A stretch of 64,000 nt of DNA. Source: Eledone cirrhosa (lineage: Eukaryota). Position 1 is the first letter of the stretch. Each line of letters begins with the position of its first letter. Position numbers and translations under genes: made by a program. This document shows positions 1 through 13,124 of the stretch, in pieces. Below the pieces are notes generated by a model that was given only the letters and a program-made list of their open reading frames with translations, was not told where the DNA came from and ran no database searches. The stretch is taken from assembly GCA_964016885.1 (NCBI GenBank), contig OZ024744.1, positions 102,114,001 through 102,178,000 of the forward strand, in the 5' to 3' direction.

Positions 1-3000
1 ATCCTCACACACCACCTCTCTCTCTCTCTTGACACTACCACTACCACTGTCTACACCACCACCATCTACCTCTAATCCTCACACACCACCTCTCTCTCTC
101 TTGACACTACCACTACCACTGTCTACACAACCACCACCTACCTCTAATCCTCACACACCACCTCCTCTCTCTCTTGACACTACCACTACCACTGTCTACA
201 CCACCACCACCTACCTCTAATCCTCACACACCACCTCTCTCTCTCTTGACACTACCACTACCACTGTCTACACCACCACCACCTACCTCTAATCCTCACA
301 CACCTCCTCTCTCTCTCTCTTGACACTACCACTACCACTGTCTACACCACCACCACCTACCTCTAATCCTCACACACCACCTCTCTCTCTCTCTTACCAC
401 TACCACTGTCTACACCACCACCACCTACCTCTAATCCACACACCACCTCTCTCTCTCTCTTGACACTACCACTACCACTGTCTACACCACCACCACCTAC
501 CTCTAATCCTCACACACCACCTCTCTCTCTCTCTCTTGACACTACCACTACCACTGTCTACACCACCACCACCTACCTCTAATCCTCACACACCACCTCT
601 CTCTCTCTCTCTTGACACTACCACTACCACTGTCTACACCACCACCACCTACCTCTAATCCTCACACACCACCTCTCTCTCTCTTGACACTACCACTACC
701 ACTGTCTACACCACCACCACCTACCTCTAATCCTCACACACCTCCTCTCTCTCTCTTGACACTACCACTACCACTGTCTACACCACCACCACCTACCTCT
801 AATCCTCACACACCTCCTCTCTCTCTCTTGACACTACCACTACCACTGTCTACACCACCACCACCTACCTCTAATCGTCACACACCTCCTCTCTCTCTCT
901 CTCTTGACACTACCCCTACCACTACCTACACCATCACCACCTACCTCTAATCCTCACACACCACCTCTCTCTCTCTCTCTTGACACTACCACTACCACTG
1001 TCTACACCACCACCACCTACCTCTAATCCTCACACACCACCTCTCCTCTCTCTTGACACTACCACTACCACTGTCTACATCACCACCACCTACCTCTAAT
1101 CCTCACACACCACCTCTCTCTCTTGACACTACCACTACCACTGTCTACACCACCACCACCTACCTCTAATCCTCATACACCACCTCTCTCTCTCTTGACA
1201 CTACCACTACCACTGTCTACACCACCACCACCTACCTCTAATCCTCACACACCACCTCTCTCTCTCTTGACACTACCACTACCACTGTCTACACCACCAC
1301 CACCTACCTCTAATCCTCACACACCACCTCTCTCTCTCTTGACACTACCACTACCACTGTCTACACCACCACCACCTACCTCTAATCCTCACACACCACC
1401 TCTCTCTCTCTTGACACTACCACTACCACTGTCTACACCACCACCACCTACCTCTAATCCTCACACACCACCTCTCTCTCTCTTGACACTACCACTACCA
1501 CTGTCTACACCACCACCACCTACCTCTAATCCTCACACACCACCTCTCTCTCTCTTGACACTACCACTACCACTGTCTACACCACCACCACCTACCTCTA
1601 ATCCTCACACACCACCTCTCTCTCTCTTGACACTACCACTACCACTGTCTACACCACCACCACCTACCTCTAATCCTCACACACCACCTCTCTCTCTCTC
1701 TTGACACTACCACTACCACTGTCTACACCACCACCTACCTCTAATCCTCACACACCACCTCTCTCTCTCTCTTGACACTACCACTACCACTGTCTACACC
1801 ACCACCACCTACCTCTAATCCTCACACACCTCCTCTCTCTCTCTTGACACTACCACTACCACTGTCTACACCACCACCACCTACCTCTAATCCTCACACA
1901 CCTCTCTCTTTCTCTCTTGACACTACCACTACCACTGTCTACACCACCACCACCTACCTCTAATCCTCACACACCACCTCTCTCTCTCTCTTGACACTAC
2001 CACTACCACTGTCTACACCACCACCACCTACCTCTAATCCTCACACACCACCTCTCTCTCTCTTGACACTACCACTACCACTGTCTACACCACCACCACC
2101 TACCTCTAATCCTCACACACCACCTCTCTCTCTTGACACTACCACTACCACTGTCTACACCACCACCACCTACCTCTAATCCTCACACACCACCTCTCTC
2201 TCTCTTGACACTACCACTACCACTGTCTACACCACCACCACCTACCTCTAATCCTCACACACCACCTCTCTCTCTCTCTTGACACTACCACTACCACTGT
2301 CTACACCACCACCACCTACCTCTAATCCTCACACACCACCTCTCTCTCTCTTGACACTACCACTACCACTGTCTACACCACCACCATCTACCTCTAATCC
2401 TCACACACCACCTCTCTCTCTCTTGACACTACCACTACCACTGTCTACATCACCACCACCTACCTCTAATCCTCACACACCACCTCTCTCTCTCTTGACA
2501 CTACCACTACCACTCTACACCACCACCACCTACCTCTAATCCTCACACACCTCCTCTCTCTCTCTTGACACTACCACTACCACTGTCTACACCACCACCA
2601 CCTACCTCTAATCCTCACACACCTCCTCTCTCTCTTGACACTACCACTACCACTGTCTACACCACCACCACCTACCTCTAATCCTCACACACCACCTCTC
2701 TCTCTCTTGACACTACCACTACCACTGTCTACACCACCACCACCTACCTCTAATCCTCACACACCACCTCTCTCTCTCTCTTGACACTACGACTACCACT
2801 GTCTACACCACCACCACCTACCTCTAATCCTCACACACCACCTCCCTCTCTTGACACTACCACTACCACTGTCTACACCACCACCACCTACATCTAATCC
2901 TCACACACCTCCTCTCTCTCTCTCTTGACACTACCACTACCACTGTCTACACCACCACCTCTCTCTCTCTTGACACTACCACTACCACTGTCTACACCAC

Positions 3001-6000
3001 CACCACCTACCTCTAATCCTCACACACCTCCTCTCTCTCTCTCTTGACACTACCACTACCACTGTCTACACCACCACCACCTACCTCTAATCCTCACACA
3101 CCACCTCTCTCTCTCTTGACACTACCACTACCACTGTCTACACCACCACCACCTACCTCTAATCCTCACACACCACCTCTCTCTCTCTCTTGACACTACC
3201 ACTACCACTGTCTACACCACCACCATCTACCTCTAATCCTCACACACCACCTCTCTCTCTCTTGACACTACCACTACCACTGTCTACACAACCACCACCT
3301 ACCTCTAATCCTCACACACCACCTCTCTCTCTCTTGACACTACCACTACCACTGTCTACACCACCACCACCTACCTCTAATCCTCACACACCACCTCTCT
3401 CTCTCTTGACACTACCACTACCACTGTCTACACCACCACCACCTACCTCTAATCCTCACACACCACCTCTCTCTCTCTTGACACTACCACTACCACTGTC
3501 TACACCACCACCACCTACCTCTAATCCTCACACACCACCTCTCTCTCTCTTGACACTACCACTACCACTGTCTACACCACCACCATCTACCTCTAATCCT
3601 CACACACCACCTCTCTCTCTCTTGACACTACCACTACCACTGTCTACATCACCACCACCTACCTCTAATCCTCACACACCACCTCTCTCTCTCTCTTGAC
3701 ACTACCACTACCACTGTCTACACCACCACCACCTACCTCTAATCCTCACACACCTCCTCTCTCTCTCTCTTGACACTACCACTACCACTGTCTACACCAC
3801 CACCACCTACCTCTAATCCTCACACACCACCTCTCTCTCTTGACACTACCACTACCACTGTCTACACCACCATCACCTACCTCTAATCCTCACACACCAC
3901 CTCTCTCTCTCTCTTGACACTACCACTACCACTGTCTACACCACCACCACCTACCTCTAATCCTCACACACCACCTCTCTCTCTCTCTCTTGACACTACC
4001 ACTACCACTGTCTACAGCACCACCACCTACCTCTAATCCTCACACACCACCTCTCTCTCTCTTGACACTACCACTACCACTGTCTACACCACCACCACCT
4101 ACCTCTAATCCTCACACACCACCTCTCTCTCTCTTGACACTACCACTACCACTGTCTACACCACCACCACCTGCATCTAATCCTCACACACCTCCTCTCT
4201 CTCTCTTGACACTACCACTACCACTGTCTACACCACCACCACCTACCTCTAATCCTCACACACCTCCTCTCTCTCTTGACACTACCACTACCACTGTCTA
4301 CACCACCACCACCTACCTCTAATCCTCACACACCACCTCTCTCTCTCTCTTGACACTACGACTACCACTGTCTACACCACCACCTACCTCTAATCCTCAC
4401 ACACCTCCTCTCTCTCTCTCTTGACACTACCACTACCACTGTCTACACCACCACCACCTACCTCTAATCCTCACACACCACCTCTCTCTTGACACTACCA
4501 CTACCACTGTCTACACCACCACCACCTACCTCTAATCCTCACACACCACCTCTCTCTCTCTTGACACTACCACTACCACTGTCTACACCACCACCACCTA
4601 CCTCTAATCCTCACACACCACCTCTCTCTCTTGACACTACCACTACCACTGTCTACACCACCACCTACCTCTAATCCTCACACACCACCTCTCTCTCTCT
4701 CTTGACACTACCACTACCACTGTCTACACCACCACCACCTACCTCTAATCCTCACACACCTCCTCTCTCTCTCTTGACACTACCACTACCACTGTCTACA
4801 CCACCACCACCTACCTCTAATCCTCACACACCTCCTCTCTCTCTTGACACTACCACTACCACTGTCTACACCACCACCACCTACCTCTAATCCTCACACA
4901 CCACCTCTCTCTCTCTTGACACTACCACTACCACTGTCTACACCACCACCACCTACCTCTAATCCTCACACACCACCTCTCTCTCTCTCTTGACACTACG
5001 ACTACCACTGTCTACACCACCACCACCTACCTCTAATCCTCACACACCTCTCTCTTTCTCTTGACACTACCACTACCACTGTCTACACCACCACCACCTA
5101 CCTCTAATCCTCACACACCACCTCTCTCTCTTGACACTACCACTACCACTGTCTACACCACCACCACCTACCTCTAATCCTCACACACCACCTCTCTCTC
5201 TCTCTTGACACTACCACTACCACTGTCTACACCACCACCACCTACCTCTAATCCTCACACACCTCCTCTCTCTCTCTCTTGACACTACCACTACCACTGT
5301 CTACACCACCACCATCTACCTCTAATCCTCACACACCACCTCTCTCTCTCTCTTGACACTACCACTACCACTGTCTACACCACCACCACCTACCTCTAAT
5401 CCTCACACACCTCCTCTCTCTCTCTCTTGACACTACCACTACCACTGTCTACACCACCACCATCTACCTCTAATCCTCACACACCACCTCTCTCTCTCTT
5501 GACACTACCACTACCACTGTCTACACCACCACCTACCTCTAATCCTCACACACCACCTCTCTCTCTCTTGACACTACCACTACCACTGTCTACACCACCA
5601 CCACCTACCTCTAATCCTCACACACCTCCTCTCTCTCTCTCTTGACACTACCACTACCACTGTCTACACCACCACCATCTACCTCTAATCCTCACACACC
5701 ACCTCTCTCTCTCTTGACACTACCACTACCACTGTCTACACCACCACCTACCTCTAATCCTCACACACCACCTCTCTCTTGACACTACCACTACCACTGT
5801 CTACACCACCACCACCTACCTCTAATCCTCACACACCACCTCTCTCTCTCTCTTGACACTACCACTACCACTGTCTACACCACCACCACCTACCTCTAAT
5901 CCTCACACACCACCTCTCTCTCTCTCTTGACACTACCACTACCACTGTCTACACCACCACCATCTACCTCTAATCCTCACACACCACCTCTCTCTCTCTT

Positions 6001-8378
6001 GACACTACCACTACCACTGTCTACACAACCACCACCTACCTCTAATCCTCACACACCACCTCTCTCTCTCTTGACACTACCACTACCACTGTCTACACCA
6101 CCACCACCTACCTCTAATCCTCACACACCTCCTCTCTCTCTCTTGACACTACCACTACCACTGTCTACACCACCACCACCTACCTCTAATCCTCACACAC
6201 CACCTCTCTCTCTCTCTTGACACTACCACTACCACTGTCTACACCACCACCATCTACCTCTAATCCTCACACACCACCTCTCTCTCTCTTGACACTACCA
6301 CTACCACTGTCTACACCACCGCCACCTACCTCTAATCCTCACACACCACCTCTCTCTCTCTTGACACTACCACTACCACTGTCTACACCACCACCACCTA
6401 CCTCTAATCCTCACACACCACCTCTCTCTCTCTTGACACTACCACTACCACTGTCTACACCACCACCACCTACCTCTAATCCTCACACACCACCTCTCTC
6501 TCTCTCTTGACACTACCACTACCACTGTCTACACCACCACCACCTACCTCTAATCCTCACACACCACCTCTCTCTCTCTTGACACTACCACTACCACTGT
6601 CTACACCACCACCACCTACCTCTAATCCTCACACACCACCTCTCTCTCTCTTGACACTACCACTACCACTGTCTACACCACCACCACCTACCTCTAATCC
6701 TCACACACCACCTCTCTATCTCTTGACACTACCACTACCACTGTCTACACCACCACCACCTACCTCTAATCCTCACACACCTCCTCTCTCTCTCTTGACA
6801 CTACCACTACCACTGTCTACACCACCACCACCTACCTCTAATCCTCACACACCACCTCTCTCTCTCTCTTGACACTACCACTACCACTGTCTACACCACC
6901 ACCACCTACCTCTAATCCTCACACACCACCTCTCTCTCTCTTGACACTACCACTACCACTGTCTACACCACCACCACCTACCTCTAATCCTCACACACCT
7001 CCTCTCTCTCTCTTGACACTACCACTACCACTGTCTACACCACCACCACCTACCTCTAATCCTCACACACCACCTCTCTCTCTCTCTTGACACTACCACT
7101 ACCACTGTCTACACCACCACCACCTACCTCTAATCCTCACACACCACCTCTCTCTCTCTTGACACTACCACTACCACTGTCTACACCACCACCACCTACC
7201 TCTAATCCTCACACACCACCTCTCTCTCTCTCTTGACACTACCACTACCACTGTCTACACCACCACCACCTACCTCTAATCCTCACACACCTCCTCTCTT
7301 TCTCTCTTGACACTACCACTACCACTGTCTACACCACCACCACCACCTACCTCTAATCCTCACACACCACCTCTCTCTCTCTTGACACTACCACTACCAC
7401 TGTCTACACCACCACCACCTACCTCTAATCCTCACACACCACCTCTCTCTCTTGACACTACCACTACCACTGTCTACATCACCACCTACCTCTAATCCTC
7501 ACACACCACCTCTCTCTCTTGACACTACCACTACCACTGTCTACACCACCACCACCTACCTCTAATCCTCACACACCTCCTCTCTCTTGACACTACCACT
7601 ACCACTGTCTACACCACCACCACCTACCTCTAATCCTCACACACCACCTCTCTCTCTCTTGACACTACCACTACCACTGTCTACACCACCACCACCTACC
7701 TCTAATCCTCACACACCTCCTCTCTCTCTCTCTTGACACTACCACTACCACTGTCTACACCACCACCACCTACCTCTAATCCTCACACACCTCCTCTCTC
7801 TCTCTCTTGACACTACCACTACCACTGTCTACACCACCACCACCTACCTCTAATCCTCACACACCACCTCTCTCTCTCTTGACACTACCACTACCACTGT
7901 CTACACCACCACCACCTACCTCTAATCCTCACACACCTCCTCTCTCTTGACACTACCACTACCACTGTCTACACCACCACCACCTACCTCTAATCCTCAC
8001 ACACCACCTCTCTCTCTTGACACTACCACTACCACTGTCTACACCACCACCACCTACCTCTAATCCTCACACACCACCTCTCTCTCTCTCTTGACACTAC
8101 CACTACCACTGTCTACACCACCACCACCTACCTCTAATCCTCACACACCACCTCTCTCTCTCTCTTGACACTACCACTACCACTGTCTACACCACCACCA
8201 CCTACCTCTAATCCTCACACACCACCTCTCTCTCTCTTGACACTACCACTACCGCTGTCTACACCACCACCACCTACCTCTAATCCTCACACACCACCTC
8301 TCTCTCTCTCTTGACACTACCACTGTCTACATCACCACCATCTACTTCTAATCCTCACACCCACCTCTCTATCTCTCT
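1..8378. repeat. 72-bp minisatellite, ~116 units, runs off the left edge
   Basis: Unit TTGACACTACCACTACCACTGTCTACACCACCACCACCTACCTCTAATCCTCACACACCAC(CT)n; length varies with the (CT)n count. Confidence 0.98.
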
Positions 8379-8944
8379 CTGTAACAAATTAGCTATGTTT
8401 TCACCTGTAAATAAATGAACCCTACCAGGTTTAAAATGCCCAAGACATGCTATATGTCAGGATGTGGTCCTACCTGTAAATATACCCTACCATGTTAAAA
8501 ATTTCTCAAAACATGCTGAATTTCAGAATGGCACCTCTACAACACCAGTGTTAAGAGTCCTTTGCCCTTCTTTTCTTTGCTGTATGTTTTAATCAAAATG
8601 TCTGTGTGTGTTTTCTGTTGTTTCTAGATTTCCTATTGATGCTATTTCACAGGTGTTGGAGTTTGTTTTTAAGGAAAATATTGTTTGCTTTATGAAAATT
8701 TTCTCCAAACTTAGGGTGCTATAAACATTCACATATGCACCAATGTACAGAAGAAATTATGTTCTAAAGTTTCCTACATTTATCACCTTGGTTGGTGATA
8801 AGGAGGGCATCCAGTTGTAGAAACTATGCCAAAAACAAAGATATTATAAAACTTGGTCACACATTTATTTTTATAATTTTAAGTATAATTTAAATGTAGA
8901 TAAAAAGTTATTTTAGCTCTGTGTTGTTATCTAAATTTATATAG

Positions 8945-9037
8945 CTGCTCAGAAGGTGGAAAAAAAATCTTCAGAAGCAACACCAGCACCACAAGAAATT
9001 AAAAAGAAAGAAAAGGTCAAGAAAACAACTTCTGAAA
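8945..9037 (+). CDS. RRBP1: Repeat exon R1 (93 nt, phase 1-1): [30 protein letters not shown]
   Basis: Acceptor tatctaaatttatatAG, donor GTaagaa; open frame. Confidence 0.8.
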
Positions 9038-12000
9038 GTAAGAATTTTTTTTTTTTTTTTTCAATTGTAATAAATTTTCTGTTTAGGTTTTATTTGTCAG
9101 TGTAGTCATTTTCTATTTTATACTCAGTGTGAGCATATCACTGTCCCATAACCTGATCCCTCACAAAGAGACAGCCCATCCTACCCATGCTAGTGTGGAA
9201 GATGGACGTTAAACGATGATGATGATGATGATATACAAGACTAAATACTTCTATATATTTTATATTCAACTAAGACTAAATCTTCATAATCATCCTTTTA
9301 CGTCCGCTTTTCCCTGCTTGCAAAGGTGGGACGGGTCCTATTCAGCATCTCTCAATTCGTCACGGTCCTTCGTCATCTCCTCTGAGAGCTTCAGCGATCT
9401 GAGGTCAGCTCTCACCACCTCCACCCATGATTTTCGTGGTCTTCTTCTACTGGGATTTCTTGGCACTTCTTTACCCAACGGTTATCCCTCATGTGCATTA
9501 CATGTCCATACCATCTCAGTCTTCTCTCCCGCACACTATATTATAAACTCAATTAAAACAAAACCTTTATATTTTATACTCAACTAAGACAAAAATAATT
9601 CTAATCTTCTGCTCAACTTAAGATATGTTGTAAATTCTAGCTATAATTTTTTACCAAAATGATATTTAAACATTTTTCAGTTAATTGATTGTAAATAGCT
9701 CTAATACAATCATAAGTATTCTATTGCTATTGACCTGCTAAAGCATGGAGCTACTTTTGTATGTCCATGCCAGTCTAATCATATTTACTATTGTTCCATT
9801 TCTACAGCAGTATTTTAACCCTTTAGCATTTAAATTGGCTGTATCCAGTTAGAATTCTGTCACCTTTTTCTGTTCAACCAGCCGTAACAATACCTTAACA
9901 TATTGATCTTAAGGTATTGTTCTCAAAATAAATATCTCATAGATTTGATATTATAGGAGATAATTATGTAAGATAAAACTTTTACCATGAAAATACAATA
10001 GTATATATATAGAAAAATGTAAATGCTGCCATTTAAGTCACTTCTCACAACAGATATTATAAAACTTGGTCACACATTTATTATAATTTTAAGTATAATT
10101 TATATGTACATATAAAGTTATTTTAGCTCTGTTGTTAATTATCTAAATTTATATAGCTTCTCAGAAGAGTTCTTCATTACCACCATCACCACCACAAGAA
10201 ATTGTAAAGAAAGAAAAGGCAAAGAAAATTTCTGAAAGTAAGAATTTTCAGAATTTTCTTTATTGTTTATAAATTTTCTGTTTAGTCTTTTCTATTATAT
10301 ACTCAACTAACACTAAATTCTATATCTTCTACTCAACTAAGATGAAATATAAATTAAGCTAGAATTTCTACCAAAGTGATATTTGAACATTTTTCAGATA
10401 GTTTATTCTAAATAATTTTTTACAAAAAATCTAATTTTCAGTTGTGTGAAGGATACAACCCCCCCCCCCCCCCCCAGTATTTTTTATATAAAACACTGTA
10501 AACACTCTGTAAAGTAGTTGGTGTTTGGAAAGGCATCCTGCTCTAGAAACTATGCCACAACTAAAGGGTATCCATCTCACCTCTTGCACGCAGCACACAT
10601 CCACATGCTTTCTCTCCAGCATCTCCACTATTTAACCAGATCTACCTGTGAGAGTGCCAACATTAAAATAACCCTTTTAGTTGTGGCAAAACATGACATG
10701 ACAACCTCCCTTGTTCTTGTGCCATGATAAAATGCACTTGGCACATTCTATTGTCTTTAAAATCAGTGGCTCCAATTGAGTAATGACTTGGTCTGTGATG
10801 AACTATTCAATTCTGACTAGCTAGGAAAATGGATGTTGAATGATTTTGAAGTTACTATACTCAGCATTATTTTATCAACTCTCACCATTGGAAAATCATA
10901 AATCTTTCATTCTTCAACTTTTGGCTACTCATTGTTAACTGCACTATTTTCCTATTAGTATATTTTTTACATCTCTTTTTCTTTTTTTGTTGTTCCTTTA
11001 AACAATATTTTAAGACTATTGACCTTGCCAGTCTAATCATATTTACCATTTACAGCAATGTTTTAAGGCTGATTTCTCTTGTTGCAAACCATTTAAGTTA
11101 CTTCTCACAACAGATATTGTAAAACTTGGTCACACATTTATTTTTATAATTTTAAGTATAATTTATATGTACATATAAAGTTATTTTAACTCTTGTTAAT
11201 TATTATCTAAATTTATATAGTTTCTCAGAGTTCTTCCTCACTACCACCACCACAAGAAATTTTAAAGAAAGAAAAGGCAAAGAAAACAACTTCTGAAAGT
11301 AAGAATTTTTACATTTTATTTGAGAGATGAAATGAGAGAAGGAAACGCATGACGCTGAGGGAAAGAGCTAGAGTTAAGCAACAAAAGAAAGGGAACGAGG
11401 TGACACTCTATACCTAAGTCAGTGGTGTTTTAGCTGCACCTTATGGAGTAAATGGCATGGCATAGTCATGGACAATGGCCAGCGACACCTACTGCAACAG
11501 CCATCCCAGCTTGTGCTGCTCCTTCCTCAGACGAGTTGCTGTCATTGCGATTTTATGGTGGAGGTCAGCTGCACTGGGTTGGAGTATGCCAGAGATCTGG
11601 ACAGCAACCGGACAAGCTTTGGTATTTGCTTATTGTGGGTCACAGTACTAGGGTTCATGGCTGAAGCTACTAGGTTGGAGGCGGAAATTGTGTTGCAGCA
11701 TGTGACGTCCAGAGATTTTTTTTTTTTTTATTGTAATAAATTTGCTGTAGGTTTTATTAGTCGTAGGTTTTTTTTTTTCTATTTTATACTCAACTAAGAC
11801 AAAAATAATTCCCATAATCTTCTGCTCAACTTAAGATATGTTGTAAATTCCAGCTATAATTTTTTACCAAAATGATATTTAAACATTTTTCAGTTAATTG
11901 ATTCTAAATAGCTCTAATACAATCATAAGTATTCTATTGCTATTGACCTGCTAAAGCATGGGCCTACTTTTCTAAGTCCCTGCCATCATCATCATCTTCA

Positions 12001-13090
12001 TTTAACATCCATCTTCCATGCTAGCATTGGTTAGACGGGAATTGTCCCACTTCAGGCAAGGTTGGTCGGGTGACCGTGTCTCGCTCATATAGGACTATCT
12101 GGCAGGTTTTCTATGGCTGGATGCCCTTCCTAACACCAACCACATTTACAGTGTGGAACTGGGAACTTTTTACCAGGTTACACGGCCACATTACAGCGTG
12201 GACTGTTTTGTTTTTTTGTGACACCTACACGATCTCATAATCTCATTTATTTGGACTGGATGTTGTGGTACCAACTTTACAGAGAGGGTGGTGTTGGTGG
12301 GAGTGGGAGGATAGAGTAGGGGTAGTGGATTGGGGTGTATATTTGGTTTCCATTTCAACAGCAATATTTTAAAGGCTGAGTGGTCTTGTTGCCAACCATT
12401 TAAGTCACTTCTCACAACAGATATTGTAAAACTTGGTCACACATTTATATTTATAATTTTAAGTATAATTTATATGTACATATAAAGTTATTTTAACTCT
12501 TGTTAATTATTATCTAAATTTATATAGCTTCTCAGAGTTTTTCTTCACCATCACAAGAAATTTTAAAGAAAGAAAAGGCAAAGAAAACAACTTCTGAAAG
12601 TAAGAATTTTTACATTTTATTTGAGAGACGAAATGAGAGAAGGAAACGCATGACGCTGAGGGAAAGAGCTAGAGTTAAGCAACAAAAGAAAGGGAACTCT
12701 ATACCTAAGTCAGTGGTGTTTTAGCTGCACCTTATGGAGAAAATGGCATGGCATAGTCATGGACAATGGCCAGCGACACCTACTGCAACAGCCATCCCAG
12801 CTTGTGCTGCTCCTTCCTCAGACGAGTTGCTGTCATTGCGATTTTATGGTGGAGGTCAGCTGCACTGGGTTGGAGTATGCCAGAGATCTGGACAGCAACC
12901 AGACAAGCTTTGGTATTTGCTTATTGTGGGTCGCAGTACTAGGGTTCATGGCTGAAGCTACTAGGTTGGAGACGGAAATTGTGTTGCAGCATGTGACGTC
13001 CAGAGATTTTTTTTTTTTTTATTGTAATAAATTTGCTGTAGGTTTTATTAGTCGTAGGTTTTTTTTTCTATTTTATACTCAACTAAGACA

Positions 13091-13124
<34 letters not shown>

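Noticed and set aside
29-7495. Pro/Thr/Ser-rich mucin- or extensin-like ORFs
   Set aside because: Translations of the 72-bp satellite; TTG starts, frame broken constantly by 2-nt (CT)n slippage, no splice acceptors.
1-8378. Telomeric or subtelomeric repeat
   Set aside because: No TTAGGG/CCCTAA units, and the array lies upstream of an internal phase-1 exon, so it is intronic.
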